A DNA stretch of 64,000 nucleotides from positions 1 to 64,000 of the forward strand of contig JAZDNN010000024.1 of assembly GCA_043799675.1 (NCBI GenBank), written 5' to 3'. The notes below the pieces were generated by a model that worked only from the letters and a program-made list of their open reading frames with translations, had not been told where the DNA came from and searched no databases. The DNA is from Candidatus Aenigmatarchaeota archaeon. GTDB lineage: Archaea > Aenigmatarchaeota > Aenigmatarchaeia > Aenigmatarchaeales > JACQIB01. Each line of letters starts with the position of its first letter. The stretch's first letter is position 1. The position numbers and the translations under genes are program-made. This document shows positions 19,071 through 28,928 of the stretch, in pieces.

Positions 19071-19267
19071 TGGTGGGCCCAACGGGACTCTCGTAGCACT
19101 GCCGCGCTGGCGGCAAAAGCGCTTTTGGCGCTTCGCGCTCATTCGAACCCGCGACCTACCGGTTTCTCCAGTCACCGAACCAAAATGATGGTTCTCTTTT
19201 GGCTCCATTAAGAGCCGGTCGCTGATGGCTTGGTTTTAACCAATCTACCAGACTGAGCTATGAGCCC
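19071..19267 (-). tRNA. tRNA-Lys(CTT) with three introns: 22/23 (19224-19244, 21 nt), 37/38 (19164-19208, 45 nt), 59/60 (19088-19141, 54 nt)
   Basis: 197 nt minus 120 nt gives a 77-nt cloverleaf with CCA. Confidence 0.88.
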
Positions 19268-19301
19268 GAACTATTCAGAAGTCGCGGAGTATTAAAAGCC
19301 T

Positions 19302-19589
19302 CTACTTCTTTTTCTTTTCTTCAGCCTTCTTTGCCAAGCTGTCCGCAACTTTCGGTTCCTTGTAATCGCAGTCCTTGCATAACTTAAGCAGTTGCGGCTC
19401 TTCGGGCCCGGTTCTGACCCCTTCGTACCATCCCTCCAGCGCGCCCATGACTTCGGCGGTCGCCTGATCCCTGGCGATGATGGCCAGATATTTTATGTCC
19501 ATAGCACCGAGACACACGCCAGATGTATCTTTGTCATATGCATGGCACAGCCTGCAGAATTTTTCCGCCCTCGCAAGTGAACATGGCAT
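19302..19589 (-). CDS. Hypothetical Cys-containing protein
   Basis: CRLC and CKDC pairs. Confidence 0.45.
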   Translation of the reverse strand: MPCSLARAEKFCRLCHAYDKDTSGVCLGAMDIKYLAIIARDQATAEVMGALEGWYEGVRTGPEEPQLLKLCKDCDYKEPKVADSLAKKAEEKKKK

Positions 19590-19621
19590 GAGAGCAATAC
19601 AGGAGAAAAGGATAAATAGAA

Positions 19622-19807
19622 CTATCTGGTGCGTTGCCTGCTGACCGTGCCCTTCCACTGCCACTTGAATGAGCGGGTCCTGGCCGCGGGGAAGCCGCAG
19701 GAGGCGCAAGTCTTCTTATTGATATGGTAGGCGTTCCTGCCGCAGCGACGGCAGCGTATGTGGGATACTTTGTTGTGTTTGCCGAAACTGGGGGTTCCTT
19801 TTGACAT
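19622..19807 (-). CDS. rpl37e: 50S ribosomal protein L37e
   Basis: [10 protein letters not shown]...CRRCG...CASCGF. Confidence 0.97.
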   Translation of the reverse strand: MSKGTPSFGKHNKVSHIRCRRCGRNAYHINKKTCASCGFPAARTRSFKWQWKGTVSRQRTR

Positions 19808-19883
19808 CTATATCACATCACAGCATGCCAGCGAAGCTGGGCAAAACTGTTAACCAGAGCATGCTTGGCGGACTATTTGAACC

Positions 19884-20105
19884 TTACTCTGCGGGGCTTG
19901 CGTAGATTATCGTGTCGCCCCTGACCAGCGTCGCGCCGAGCTTCACGGTCTTGTCATCCTTCCTGTCCTCGGCGTCGTCCAGCCAGATATTCAGGTGCAG
20001 ATCAAATGCTTGAAGCACACCGTTTATCTCCGAGCCGTTCTTCAGCTTCAGGATTACCCGTTTGCCCTTCGCGCGGTCCAAAACATCCAAAGGCCGCGAA
20101 TTCAT
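19884..20105 (-). CDS. Sm-like (Lsm) archaeal protein
   Basis: RPLDVL, GVLQAFDLHLN, VRGDTI; upstream of rpl37e. Confidence 0.95.
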   Translation of the reverse strand: MNSRPLDVLDRAKGKRVILKLKNGSEINGVLQAFDLHLNIWLDDAEDRKDDKTVKLGATLVRGDTIIYASPAE

Positions 20106-20181
20106 ATCAATCGATTGCTATAGAACTGGGTTGGATATAAAGATGCCGCCAAGGCAAAGCATTCTTAAGGTTTTGTTTCCT

Positions 20182-20463
20182 ATGCCTATCATGGACAGAT
20201 GCAGAGGCTGCGGCGACATGGGCCGCTTTTACAATGACCCTATCGGCGAATTGGAAAATCCGTCCCAGCCCCCGTCGTTTTATCTCAGGCTGGCGATGGA
20301 GCATTTCGACGATATGGAGCTGAGGCATATCAATTTCTTCATTGCCAAAATGGCCGTCAAAAAGCATTTTCCCAAAGACTATCCCAGCGTTCAACCTCTG
20401 AAGAGCGAACGTTTGTCAATGGAACAACTGGACCGATTGATCAAGAAATATCCTTCTTCCTAG
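20182..20463 (+). CDS. Hypothetical protein
   Basis: ORF with CRGC motif. Confidence 0.4.
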   Translation: MPIMDRCRGCGDMGRFYNDPIGELENPSQPPSFYLRLAMEHFDDMELRHINFFIAKMAVKKHFPKDYPSVQPLKSERLSMEQLDRLIKKYPSS

Positions 20464-20503
20464 ACTCCGATTAGTTTAAAAGGGCTAAAGGGGAACAGCA
20501 CGC

Positions 20504-20887
20504 ATGCAGAAGCAGTTCAGGTCGCAGAGAAAGCCCACAGGCGGGCTTTACCACAAGCTGCGCAAGATGAAGAAGAGGGACCTTGGAAGGGACTTCGTGG
20601 CTGTGCACATGGCCCCGGCCAAGACCAAGAAGATCTGGGCTTACGGCGGAAACGTGAAGATGGCCATGCTGTCCGCCGATTATGCGAACGTTCTGGACCC
20701 GGCAACGCACACGGTCAGGAAAGCAAAGATAATCACGGTCAAGGAGAATCCGGCGAACCCGCACTTCGTCCGAATGAACGTCATCACCAAGGGAGCCGTG
20801 ATTGACACCGAGGCCGGGATGGCAAGAGTCACTTCAAGGCCAGGGCAGCACGGGATCGTCAACGCCGTTTTAATTAAGAAGGCTTAA
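20504..20887 (+). CDS. rps8e: 30S ribosomal protein S8e
   Basis: RKPTGG, GGNVK, NVITKGAVI, TSRPGQHG. Confidence 0.96.
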   Translation: MQKQFRSQRKPTGGLYHKLRKMKKRDLGRDFVAVHMAPAKTKKIWAYGGNVKMAMLSADYANVLDPATHTVRKAKIITVKENPANPHFVRMNVITKGAVIDTEAGMARVTSRPGQHGIVNAVLIKKA

Positions 20888-20964
20888 TTAGTCGGCCGGG
20901 CCGACACGTCGGATATTAAATGTATGCCAGACACTACGAATCGTTAAATTTATAGCCGACATAT

Positions 20965-22191
20965 ATGTACAGTATGAAAAACCCGAATTTGGTTGAGGCG
21001 GCCACCAAACCCGATATAAGGTTCAACCCGAAGCGCTACACGTATAGTGTAGACCATCATTACTTCAAGATGTGGACGCCTCAAATGGCGTATATTTTAG
21101 GGTTCGTGTTTGCGGACGGCGGAATAGAAAGGAACAATACGACCCTTGCCTTTGAGTTGCAGATGCGGGATAAAGAGATTTTACGAAAAATAAGAGCGGC
21201 TCTAAAATCTACCCATCCGATTTCAGCGACCAAAGCAGGCGAGTATGTACGATTACGGATCAATAGCCGTCAAATAGTTGACGATTTGAAGAAGCTTGGA
21301 GTAACGCATAATAAAAGCAAAGATTGCACATGTCCAGATATCCCTCAGCGGCTGTTGCCGCACTTCGTGAGAGGGTTCGTGGACGGTGATGGCTGGATTA
21401 TTCAAAGAACCGGCAATAACAGACATGAAATAAGCGCGGGTTTCTGCCATGGTTCTAAGGGGTTCCTTAGATCGCTGGTAAATCAGATTCGAGCGGCGCT
21501 TGATATCAAGGCATTTAATCTACGGGCTAAGTATAAGGCAACTAGCAGCGGCAAGAGGTCGTGCACATATAGCATAGAATGGTATTCACACAACGCGTCG
21601 AAATTTTTAGATTGGACATACAAAGACGCAGACATCTTCTTGAAAAGAAAATACCAAAGCTATCTGAGAAGCAAACGGCTTTTTGAGGAGTTTTCTTCAA
21701 AAACGCGGCTTTGGAGAAAGGTCGAAACCAAACACAGAATGCCGCTAAGAGCCATCCTCGACGGCATGTTGGCCCGGGGTTCGAGCACCTGTCAGATTTC
21801 GGGGAATGTCGGAGTTTCATCGGCTACGATTTACAGGTGGTTAGACAAAACTGACATAAGGAAACCGGTGAAGAGGGTGTCCAAAGCGCCTGTTCTCATG
21901 AAGTGCCAGACCTGCGGTGACATTTTCAGAAAGTTTAAAGAAAACGCCAGCTATTGCTCACTTTCCTGTGCGGCGAAACATATGGCAGTTTCTAGATTGT
22001 CTGGGAACAACGTCACGTGCGCTGCATGCGGTAAACGTGTTTATAGGCCGAACTGGTGGTTTGCGATAAACAGTCGCGCCTTCTGTTCCAATAGTTGTCA
22101 CGGGAAATGGCAAGAGACCCGTTTGGCGACCAATTCGCTGCAACGCTGCAGGACCGATGGCCGCTTCCTTCCTGCTTCAGGGAGGCTATAG
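20965..22191 (+). CDS. Free-standing LAGLIDADG endonuclease-like protein with HTH and C-terminal CxxC/YCS-FCS zinc repeats
   Basis: AYILGFVFADG and HFVRGFVDGDG motifs; VSSATIYRWL; CQTC..YCSLSC, CAAC..FCSNSC; AT-richer than neighbours. Confidence 0.85.
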   Translation: MYSMKNPNLVEAATKPDIRFNPKRYTYSVDHHYFKMWTPQMAYILGFVFADGGIERNNTTLAFELQMRDKEILRKIRAALKSTHPISATKAGEYVRLRINSRQIVDDLKKLGVTHNKSKDCTCPDIPQRLLPHFVRGFVDGDGWIIQRTGNNRHEISAGFCHGSKGFLRSLVNQIRAALDIKAFNLRAKYKATSSGKRSCTYSIEWYSHNASKFLDWTYKDADIFLKRKYQSYLRSKRLFEEFSSKTRLWRKVETKHRMPLRAILDGMLARGSSTCQISGNVGVSSATIYRWLDKTDIRKPVKRVSKAPVLMKCQTCGDIFRKFKENASYCSLSCAAKHMAVSRLSGNNVTCAACGKRVYRPNWWFAINSRAFCSNSCHGKWQETRLATNSLQRCRTDGRFLPASGRL

Positions 22192-22193
22192 AA

Positions 22194-22733
22194 ATGAGCA
22201 GTTTTTCACTCAAACGAATCACGGATTCGGTCATAAGATTCGGTGAAATACACAACAAGAAGGTCATACCCGGCGAGGGCCCCTCTAACGCAAAATTGGT
22301 AATGGTCGGTGAAGCCGGCGGAAGGGAGGAAGAGAAATTGGGTCGGCCATTTGTTGGCAGAGCTGGGCGCTTTCTAAACAAAAGCCTCTCCGAGGTCGGT
22401 ATCGACAGAAACAAGATTTACATAACCAATGTGGTTAAGATGCGCTGGCAGGGTCGGCCACCTCCATCTGCTATCGAGGAGTGGCTACCGCTGCTTAAGG
22501 AAGAACTGGAGGCGGTAAAACCGCGGATAGTGGTATTACTAGGCGACGTCGCCGTCAAGGCAGTGCTGGACAAGAGCTACACTATAGGCAACAATCATGG
22601 CCAGTTGATACGGAAGGATGGTCAGGGCTTTCTGGTGATGCCGCATCCGAGCGCGGCGATGAGGTTCAACAGGATGCGGCTGATGTTCAAGTCGGACATG
22701 GACGGACTCAGGCAGTTGCTGGGTGAAAAATAA
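22194..22733 (+). CDS. Uracil-DNA glycosylase (family 4-like)
   Basis: VGEAGG.EE..GRPFVGRAG, YITNVVK, HPSAA. Confidence 0.88.
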   Translation: MSSFSLKRITDSVIRFGEIHNKKVIPGEGPSNAKLVMVGEAGGREEEKLGRPFVGRAGRFLNKSLSEVGIDRNKIYITNVVKMRWQGRPPPSAIEEWLPLLKEELEAVKPRIVVLLGDVAVKAVLDKSYTIGNNHGQLIRKDGQGFLVMPHPSAAMRFNRMRLMFKSDMDGLRQLLGEK

Positions 22734-22980
22734 ATAAAACGCTTTAATAGCTTTGCCGGCATGCATAGAATCGTGTCCACGACAAAATCCTGCAGGAGCC
22801 GGAACAGCCCGTATTTTGGAATGATTGTGGATGCGAGTGCAAACGGAGTTTGCCTTAACAAAGAATGCCCCATATACAAAATACGTTGCGAACAGCTATA
22901 CACAAGTTCTTGACCGTGATGCCGTTCTGGAGACCTGACAGGCTTTTAAGCTGGCCTCACGAAAAGCAGTCAGTGAAAAT

Positions 22981-23646
22981 ATGATCGGACAACTATTGAA
23001 AGGACTCATAGCCGATCCCGGAAACGCAATCGTTTCAGGCAAGCACGAACACAACATGAAGCAGACATGGACGTTGCTGGGCATAGAATGGGCAATTGCG
23101 GCAATATCCGTGCTGATAGCCGGAGATGCCGTTGGCAATGCGCTAGGATCGTTTAAAAGCCTGGCCACAATGCTCGGCGGCATAGCGGCAATCGCGGTGC
23201 TGATCGGAGGCATCCTGGTGACCGTGTTCATCGCCTTCCTGCTGAAGGTCACGGTGAACGCGCTCGGAGGCAAGGGAACATACTTCGACGGACTGAGCGT
23301 CCTGGCATACATGATATGGCCCCTGGCACTCGGCGGCCTGTTGGCATCGGTACTGCTGATGATACCCGCGCTCGGTGCCTTCCTCGCAGGATTGTCACTG
23401 GCATTCCTCGGCGTGCTCGCAGGTGCAATTGCGTTCCGCAGCATAAAGGAAATGTTCGGCGTCGATTACATAACCGCATTGATAGCGCTGGCGGTCCTAG
23501 GAATAGGACTGAACCTGGCGGCAGCCGCCGCCACTTCAGTTGCCGCGGCAACGCTCGCACTCAACTTCGTGCAAATGTTGAAATCGATGCTGGGAACGTT
23601 CCAGCTGCCGACAGGCATGACGCTGCCTGGGATAATTCCGGGTTGA
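22981..23646 (+). CDS. Yip1-like multi-pass membrane protein
   Basis: About five TM segments; LGGKGTY motif. Confidence 0.7.
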   Translation: MIGQLLKGLIADPGNAIVSGKHEHNMKQTWTLLGIEWAIAAISVLIAGDAVGNALGSFKSLATMLGGIAAIAVLIGGILVTVFIAFLLKVTVNALGGKGTYFDGLSVLAYMIWPLALGGLLASVLLMIPALGAFLAGLSLAFLGVLAGAIAFRSIKEMFGVDYITALIALAVLGIGLNLAAAAATSVAAATLALNFVQMLKSMLGTFQLPTGMTLPGIIPG

Positions 23647-23691
23647 ACAGAAATTCATTTTCTTTTCTTTTTCGCGGCCTAGCGGGAGCCG

Positions 23692-25008
23692 TCACTTCTT
23701 CCTTGCGCCGCCCGGACTGGAAAACCGCCCGTCCAGCAACCGGTACCTTTTCACCACCGCATACACCGCGATTATCGTGATCAGATAGACCGCCACTGTC
23801 AGGGGCCCGATCGGGAACTCAAGCGGCTGCTCCTGCACCGGTCCGATGGCATAGGTATGGGATGCCGTACTTGCGAATATCTTCTGTGAATCTATGGCGA
23901 ATGATGCAATCAACGGCTCGCCCGTATCATAACTCCACAGAACCTCACCGTTGGAGACCGACAAACCGTAAATGTTACCGTCCTGAGAACCGGCCAGTAT
24001 GAACGCATCCGTTATCGCTGGAGATGCCGTCACTGCATCGCCGGTCAGGTGACTCCATGTGATGTCGCCGTTGTCCCCGTCGAGCGCGTAAACGTAACCG
24101 TCATTGGAACCCACGTAAATCACTCCCGTCCTGTTGTCAAGAGCGATAGTCGATTCAACGGCGGAAGACATCGTCCTGCTCCATTCTACGTTACCGTTGT
24201 CCCCGTCCAGGCTGTAAATCGCCCCTGTTCCGTCGCTTCTAACCACGCCAAAAAAAAGCATGTTCTGGGAAGACACCGTCGGCGAGGACCTTATCCGGCC
24301 GACAGCCTGCGTCCTCCAAACCAGGTCGCCGCCGGTTGCGGAGAGGGCATACATGTAGCCGTCGTCCGAGCCCGCATAGACCGTCCCGCTGTCCAGTGCG
24401 GGCGAAGACTTCACCGCGCCGCCGGTCTGGTAGGTCCATTCAACACTGCCCGCCTGCGCATCAAATGCGTACACGTTGCCGTCGTCCGAACCGATGTAGA
24501 ACATGCTCCCGTCAGGCAAAGCTGACGGGTTTGAGTTGAACTGGGCGGTCGCACTTCCGGTATAATCCCAAAGCTGCTGGCCTGTATACACGTCAAGGGC
24601 CACCACGTGGGAACCTGAGCCGAAAATAAGCCTGCCGTCCAACTGCAACGGCGTGGTCTTTGTTCCTGAATAAGCGTCGCTCTGCCACACGGTCGACCAG
24701 TCGGTGTCGCTGAGCGCATACACCCTTCCGTCGTTCGATGCCACAAAGACGTTGCCTTCGTAGACGGTATCATCGACGGTGTACCTGTACGCCGGGGAGG
24801 CCTTTTCGACGCCCACGTCCCATGTGTTCAGGTTCACGATATTACCGGACATATCGCATGTCGAGCGGCCGCTGTGGTGCCAGTTGTGCTGGAAGGAATA
24901 CCACACTCCGCCGCCTCCGGCGCACGCGAACGCCTCCACTGCGCCGAAAATTACGAACGAAACGACCAGCGCAGAGAGCAAAGTTGCAATTCGAGCTGCT
25001 GACTTCAT
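23692..25008 (-). CDS. Secreted/anchored PQQ-like (BamB-type) beta-propeller protein
   Basis: Signal peptide, repeated YxGSxDGxVYALDxxxGxxxW, C-terminal TM; start at MKSAARI. Confidence 0.88.
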   Translation of the reverse strand: MKSAARIATLLSALVVSFVIFGAVEAFACAGGGGVWYSFQHNWHHSGRSTCDMSGNIVNLNTWDVGVEKASPAYRYTVDDTVYEGNVFVASNDGRVYALSDTDWSTVWQSDAYSGTKTTPLQLDGRLIFGSGSHVVALDVYTGQQLWDYTGSATAQFNSNPSALPDGSMFYIGSDDGNVYAFDAQAGSVEWTYQTGGAVKSSPALDSGTVYAGSDDGYMYALSATGGDLVWRTQAVGRIRSSPTVSSQNMLFFGVVRSDGTGAIYSLDGDNGNVEWSRTMSSAVESTIALDNRTGVIYVGSNDGYVYALDGDNGDITWSHLTGDAVTASPAITDAFILAGSQDGNIYGLSVSNGEVLWSYDTGEPLIASFAIDSQKIFASTASHTYAIGPVQEQPLEFPIGPLTVAVYLITIIAVYAVVKRYRLLDGRFSSPGGARKK

Positions 25009-25105
25009 GGTCAGAATACGGACATTCTTACTTAAAAAACAATCGGTAATTTCTGCCTTAAAAATGTCCGACTTTTTTTTAAAGGTTGCGGTACCAATCA
25101 GAAGC

Positions 25106-26344
25106 ATGGTTTTAACCAAGTACGACCGCGGACTGCTGGAAATGATGTACCTGCTCACGAGGAAGCAGAGCCACATGAACCCTTCGGGGGTGGCAAGATA
25201 CCTTTCCGAGCAGGGCATACGGGTGACGGACAGGACAGTGAGGAGATGGTTCAACTACCTCCAGACGCACCGTTTCGACTACTTCCCGTACCCGAAATTC
25301 AAGGCGATGGGCCTCACTCCCGTGTGGGTTTTCACGGATTTCAACGAAAAAATACTTGAAGCGATTCCACACAAGGTGGCAATAGTAAGCGGATTCGACC
25401 TCAGGAACCTCGAGAAACGCCTGCTGGGCCTTTACTTGGTTCCGACGGAGCGGCTGAAGGATTTCAGTAAATTGTGGGCGGATGCCGTGGACGCAAAGGC
25501 GTTGAGCTTCTGCCAGCTGCTTGAAGTGGGCTCAATCAACTCCTTCTATTCGCCCTTCCACAAGCTGGTTGACCGTAACGGCATCGCCGACTTCGTGGAT
25601 GACCACGAGCCGGACAATTCCTACTTCACGGACATGCTGCGGAAGAGCACCGGCACGGAAAGCAGTGCCGGGATGAGCCCGCGCATATGCAAAAACCCGC
25701 TGATAATCCCGGTAATATGGGAATCGTTCAGGAAGAACGCGTCGTCGCAGAAGATATGGAACTCGTTCGAAAGGAGGGCGGGTAAAGCCGCATGGGATTA
25801 CATAAACAACCCGAAGGTGAGGAGAGAAAAGAAGACCGGATGCGGGATAAGGCACGTGCAGAACACCATGAGGGAGATGCAGGACAATTTCGGCGAGTTC
25901 TTCCAGCAGATGAGAGTGTCATACAATCCCCTGTACACGCACCACAACAGCATGTTCTATATGCTGCTGAAGCTGAAAAGAAGGGAAGACATCGTGCCGC
26001 TCTCGGAACTGCTCTCCAAACAGGCAATCTCAATCGTGGCGTACCCGCCCAGGGACGCGAAGAGCAGCCTGATGATGTACTACATCCTCACCAATGCCAA
26101 GGAAAGCGTCAATATCATCAGCGACCTCATACAACCGTACATCGACAAGTCGTTCGACAACAGGATAATCACGGAGGACTTCAAGGGAACGGCGAAATAC
26201 AGGAACCCGAACATGCGTCACTGGAAGGAGAACTACATGATGTCCTGCTACCACAAGCTGTTTGACCCCGTGACATGCACGTGGAAGTTCGATACCAAGG
26301 CGTACGCCAAAAAGCTGAACGCTGCCGGCATCAGACAGGGCTGA
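25106..26344 (+). CDS. Hypothetical protein with N-terminal HTH, putative regulator
   Basis: VARYLSEQGIRVTDRTVRRW; divergent from the beta-propeller gene. Confidence 0.6.
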   Translation: MVLTKYDRGLLEMMYLLTRKQSHMNPSGVARYLSEQGIRVTDRTVRRWFNYLQTHRFDYFPYPKFKAMGLTPVWVFTDFNEKILEAIPHKVAIVSGFDLRNLEKRLLGLYLVPTERLKDFSKLWADAVDAKALSFCQLLEVGSINSFYSPFHKLVDRNGIADFVDDHEPDNSYFTDMLRKSTGTESSAGMSPRICKNPLIIPVIWESFRKNASSQKIWNSFERRAGKAAWDYINNPKVRREKKTGCGIRHVQNTMREMQDNFGEFFQQMRVSYNPLYTHHNSMFYMLLKLKRREDIVPLSELLSKQAISIVAYPPRDAKSSLMMYYILTNAKESVNIISDLIQPYIDKSFDNRIITEDFKGTAKYRNPNMRHWKENYMMSCYHKLFDPVTCTWKFDTKAYAKKLNAAGIRQG

Positions 26345-27752
26345 TGTTCTTCTCCAGCAGCTTGCAGATGAAGACGCGGAAATCCGGAGGAAGTTTTGAT
26401 AGCATTGTGATAACCGGGGCACCGCTGGCAACGGTTGATTTCAAAAGGGCAGATGCTATGTGGCTCGGCATTCCTTTGCCCAAAAGAACATGCTCGGGCT
26501 GCGCAAAGAACGATTTCAGGTAATCCAGGGCGACCGTGTGTTCCCTCTCCGTTTCGGTGACCCAGCAGTCCTTCTCTATCCAGCACTTCTTCTCCCTGTA
26601 ATGCTCCAAAAAGGCCTTTGCCTGCTTGTGCGACCAGATGGTCGGGCCGACGTGCTTCACCACCCGAGGAACCTGCCACACCTCGAGCTCGAACAGCAGG
26701 ATGCAATCCTTTCCGTCCGCCCACACGTCCCTCCTGAGCACGCGGAATCCGCCGTCCGCCAGGAGACCTTCCAGGGAAGCGGAGGCCTTCCGCATCTGCG
26801 GCCACAGGGTATCATCCACCAGATTCATCGGACGGTCGAACCTGACAAGGTACCAGCGGGTGCGCCTCCTTGCTATGGCTGCAGCCACTTCCTTCACGCT
26901 GTACGGCCTGGCGCGGGGAGGGAAGAACCACTTCTGATGGGGCAACAAAATGAAATCCCTGCACGCCCTGGCAAAAGCAAAGAAGCTGTCTGCCGAGACC
27001 GCCGCGGCAACGTTGCGGTTCGGGTCCACCGGATCTATCACCATCATGGGGGCGCGGAACTTCTCCAAAGCGGCCTGATAATCAACGGCCTTCCGCTCAA
27101 GGTCTATCAGGAGGCCTGCCTCCCATTTCTGCGCCTCGGCCGCGCAGCGGGCAAAACTGCCGTAATGAATGGCAAGCAACTCGCAAAGGTAGCCGGAGAA
27201 GCCCTGCGTCTTCACGTCGGCGCCATAAGCTCCTGCAGCTTTTGCGAAAGCCTTGATGAGCCTCGCGGTGTCGGACAGGTCCGGAGTGAAACGCTTCTTG
27301 ATATAGGAAACGTGGTGCGGGGTCCTATCGACCGCGGACTTTATCCTCGACGGATCGGGAACGTCATACGCGGGCACGACGTCTATCGCATAATCCAGCT
27401 TTCCCGACTTCATCGAGCCGCGGAGGTAGGGATGCTCGGCATAGGCTATCTCCCACTTGCCGTTGAGGGTGGAAATTATCTTCTTCGCGAGGTCAAGCCC
27501 CTTCTTCTCAAACTCTTCCCGGCTGACGGCGGGATTGAAAAGCAGGAACAGGTCGAACTCGCGCTTTCCGGCAAGCCAGGTGCCCTTCTCCACCGAGCCG
27601 CACATCACGGGCACGGCCGTGTTTCCCGCTATCTTTGAGGCGACCTGCATCACGGCATTCACGGCCGATTGCATGGCTGACTGGTCGGAAGCGGAGGGGC
27701 GTATTTTCTTCAGAACGGAAGTAAGGACCTTCTCAACCGGCTGCGCTGGCAT
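26331..27752 (-). CDS. cca: CCA-adding enzyme (archaeal class I)
   Basis: GSVEKGTWL..EFDLF, AEHPY, SAVDRTPHH, GFSGYLCELL, DPVDPNRNVAAA. Confidence 0.95.
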   Translation of the reverse strand: MPAQPVEKVLTSVLKKIRPSASDQSAMQSAVNAVMQVASKIAGNTAVPVMCGSVEKGTWLAGKREFDLFLLFNPAVSREEFEKKGLDLAKKIISTLNGKWEIAYAEHPYLRGSMKSGKLDYAIDVVPAYDVPDPSRIKSAVDRTPHHVSYIKKRFTPDLSDTARLIKAFAKAAGAYGADVKTQGFSGYLCELLAIHYGSFARCAAEAQKWEAGLLIDLERKAVDYQAALEKFRAPMMVIDPVDPNRNVAAAVSADSFFAFARACRDFILLPHQKWFFPPRARPYSVKEVAAAIARRRTRWYLVRFDRPMNLVDDTLWPQMRKASASLEGLLADGGFRVLRRDVWADGKDCILLFELEVWQVPRVVKHVGPTIWSHKQAKAFLEHYREKKCWIEKDCWVTETEREHTVALDYLKSFFAQPEHVLLGKGMPSHIASALLKSTVASGAPVITMLSKLPPDFRVFICKLLEKNISPV

Positions 27753-27798
27753 ACCTTTAATTGACAGCCTATAAATAAAGGCTAAGGAAAGATTCGGT

Positions 27799-28230
27799 AT
27801 GCTGGTCTCGGAAGTGATGAACAAGCGGGTCAGGACCTGCCGGAAGGACGACACTGTCCGCCAGGCAGCGCAGGAAATGAACAAGTGGCACATAGGGAGC
27901 CTGATCGTGGTGGACGGCCCGGGAAAGGTCATAGGAATAATAACGGAGAGGGACATCCTGACCGAAGTGGTGGCCAAAGGCCTGCGGAGCGATGACGTGG
28001 ATGTCAAGGAAATAATGACCGGAGACGTGATAGAGGTCGAGTCCAGTGCCACCCTTGAGGATGCGGCCGAGATAATGACACTTAAAAAAATAAAGAAGCT
28101 GCCGGTGGTGAGGAAGGGGCAACTGGTCGGCATCGTGACGGCGACCGACCTGATAATGTACGAGCATTCGCTGATAGAAAAAGTGTCAACCCTGCTGCAG
28201 ACCGGAAAAAAGGCCGCTGTGTGCGGCTAA
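27799..28230 (+). CDS. CBS-domain protein
   Basis: Tandem CBS domains: GIITERDI, LPVV..LVGIVT. Confidence 0.92.
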   Translation: MLVSEVMNKRVRTCRKDDTVRQAAQEMNKWHIGSLIVVDGPGKVIGIITERDILTEVVAKGLRSDDVDVKEIMTGDVIEVESSATLEDAAEIMTLKKIKKLPVVRKGQLVGIVTATDLIMYEHSLIEKVSTLLQTGKKAAVCG

Positions 28231-28928
28231 GCTGAAATCACTTTCTCGTCCGGATAGACCTCGATGCCCCTGCTGGTGATTTCCGCGGCGACTATGCTCC
28301 TGTCATGGCTTGTCCCGCGCATCTTCCTGACGGCGATCGCGTGGCGGAAGTAATTTTCAAACCGTATCTCCATGATGCTTATGACCCCGTCGGCAACGAA
28401 CTCCTCGAACCCCCACGTGCTCAGTTCGTCGCGGCCGTGCGATTCGCTGGTGAGGATGCCGGTGCAGCCCAGGCTGCTTATCGCATTGGAAAGATCGAGC
28501 AGAGCCTCGCGGCGCTGTGCGGGCGTTTCTATCATGGAAAGCATTCCGTTTATGCTGTCGAAGGCGACGCGCTTGGCCCTGTTCGCCCTCACCACTTCCC
28601 CTATCTCCGCGATTATGTCCTGCCAGTTGGCCTTCACCTTCCGCCTCCAGTGCTCGAGTTCGGCGGCGTTGCCGCCGAGCATGGTGAAGCCCCTCAGGTC
28701 TATTCCCACGCCCTGAAGGTCGGCCTTGAGCTTCTCCCTGTCCTCCTCCATCGTTATGAAGACGCCCGGTTCGCCGTGCCTGACGCCGGCCTCGATGAAA
28801 TGCGCGGCAAGCGTGGTCTTTCCGGTGCCCGCGGGCCCGGTAACAAGGACTATCTTCCCGGCCGGTATTCCGCCATTAAGCATCTTGTCCAAACCGCGGA
28901 CTCCCGTGCTCACTCTTTGCATGCTCAT
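28227..28928 (-). CDS. KaiC/RAD55-like ATPase
   Basis: STGVRGLD, GPAGTGKT, FDSI, RKMRG. Confidence 0.9.
   Translation of the reverse strand: MSMQRVSTGVRGLDKMLNGGIPAGKIVLVTGPAGTGKTTLAAHFIEAGVRHGEPGVFITMEEDREKLKADLQGVGIDLRGFTMLGGNAAELEHWRRKVKANWQDIIAEIGEVVRANRAKRVAFDSINGMLSMIETPAQRREALLDLSNAISSLGCTGILTSESHGRDELSTWGFEEFVADGVISIMEIRFENYFRHAIAVRKMRGTSHDRSIVAAEITSRGIEVYPDEKVISA

Noticed and set aside
19041..19208. N-terminal extensions of ORFs running through tRNA genes (18600-19208, 13008-13352, 11698-12444)
   Set aside because: They overlap clear tRNA genes, so the starts were moved downstream or the ORF was discarded.
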